NCBI GenBank assembly: GCA_964188305.1
Contig: OZ076888.1
Strand: one strand, 5' to 3'
Source: Podarcis bocagei
Lineage: Eukaryota
DNA length: 64,000 nucleotides
The translations under genes were made by a program, and so were the position numbers. Positions 62,827 to 64,000 of this stretch are shown here, piece by piece. Under the pieces are notes generated by a model, which worked only from the letters and a program-made list of their open reading frames with translations, was not told the DNA's origin and searched no databases. Every line of letters starts with the position of its first letter. Position 1 is the first letter of the stretch.

Positions 62827-64000
62827 TATATAAGTTGTCTGCTGTTAGTCCATGAATTCCACTGCTGAGCTGTGGTTTAAATCTACATCTGCAAGGTCAA
62901 CAGGCGGTGTTTGGTTCAGAAGACCACAAACGGTACATTACCAATGAAACATGCATAAATATCACCCTTTTTAATTAAGTCGTTAAATAGACACATGATC
63001 GTTGCACATGAGGATGTGTATAGTTTCTCCCTATGATCACCAAGGAAAATCTTGTCTGTGTCAAGTGACTCACAGATAACTGCATATTTTCCTAAGGGAG
63101 AAAGAAGTGGGTTGAAGGAAGACTGAATCATTAGATTTTTTTATTTCTACCTCCAGCTCTATAAGGTTGAAAGCTTTAGCATGCCACTCTTTTGCTACTC
63201 ATCTGTTCATTCAGTAGAACCATTAATGGCAAAAGTGGCTGGGTATCCCTAGCATTTAAGAGGTCCTTGGTTGAAAACAGGCTGGGGGAGGGTGCAATGG
63301 TTTGTGAAAATTGCTGGAGTGAGGGTTGGGGGTGGAGAGAACTATTTCTACCCTTATTTATTTCATGATGAACCCAACATGTAAAGTAGCTTCCAAGGCA
63401 GGAGGAGGCTAAAATAAAGGCAACTGATATACAATGTGTGCATACTGGAGAGAGAGAAATGCCTGTTTACATGTAGTTTAGCACTCAAAAGAAACTCTGA
63501 ACAGCTGAAATACCTTATAAATAGCTCAGACCCAGAGGAAGTGCAAACGTCTGCATTGTGAATTGTAGATCTTAATTACAGACAATGGCTGGTACAGCAA
63601 GTACTACAGGAAAAAAAAACCCCAGTGAAACAGTTGCACTGTTCATGGCTGGCAATAACTCTTCAGGAAAATATTTACTATCAATCAGTTATGAGAAAAG
63701 GGACTCCGTGCTCATAAAACAGCACGTTGCTTCTCATACCAGCACCATTTTGATTCAGCATAATCTGAATTTAAACGGCTTGTTTCCTGCGGATATAATT
63801 TTGGAAATAAATAAAACAAATCTTCTATCAAAATCTGGAGAATGTGGGAAGGGGAAAGGGAGGGAAGACGTGCACATTCTTTCTTCAATCCCTTTGCAAA
63901 TAACTCTGACTAGGGGTGGGGGAAGGGGGAAACTGTGAAAATGTAAAATATTCCAGATTAAGGCAAAATAGCCTCATACTTAGATTATGACCAACGTGCC

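Noticed and set aside
34915-64000. Upstream BTRC exons (MDPAEA..., NSSERED..., TYNSCARL...)
   Set aside because: Not located by visual scan; likely outside the window, though a miss by eye cannot be excluded

Overview
Vertebrate (squamate, most likely lacertid lizard, judged from the Sauria SINE and other repeat families) genomic DNA, not prokaryotic. The window holds the 3' part of BTRC (beta-TrCP1/FBXW1A, F-box/WD40 substrate receptor of SCF) on the minus strand. Ten coding exons (34914 down to 17518) have canonical GT-AG sites and compatible phases and total 1494 nt (497 aa + stop). They are followed by a 3'UTR intron and a ~4 kb terminal UTR exon. Bases ~34915-64000 appear to be one large intron; the N-terminal exons were not found and probably lie beyond the window. 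That intron contains four short N-runs embedded in unique, homeobox-motif-rich sequence, which I suspect are hard-masked ultraconserved enhancers rather than ordinary gaps. The rest is a typical squamate repeat landscape: CR1, L2 and RTE-X LINE fragments, Sauria/Squam2/Squam3-type SINEs, tRNA-headed CR1-tailed SINEs, and hAT and Tc1/mariner-type MITEs, several with exact TSDs. I see no evidence for a novel protein-coding system; the most interesting signals are non-coding.
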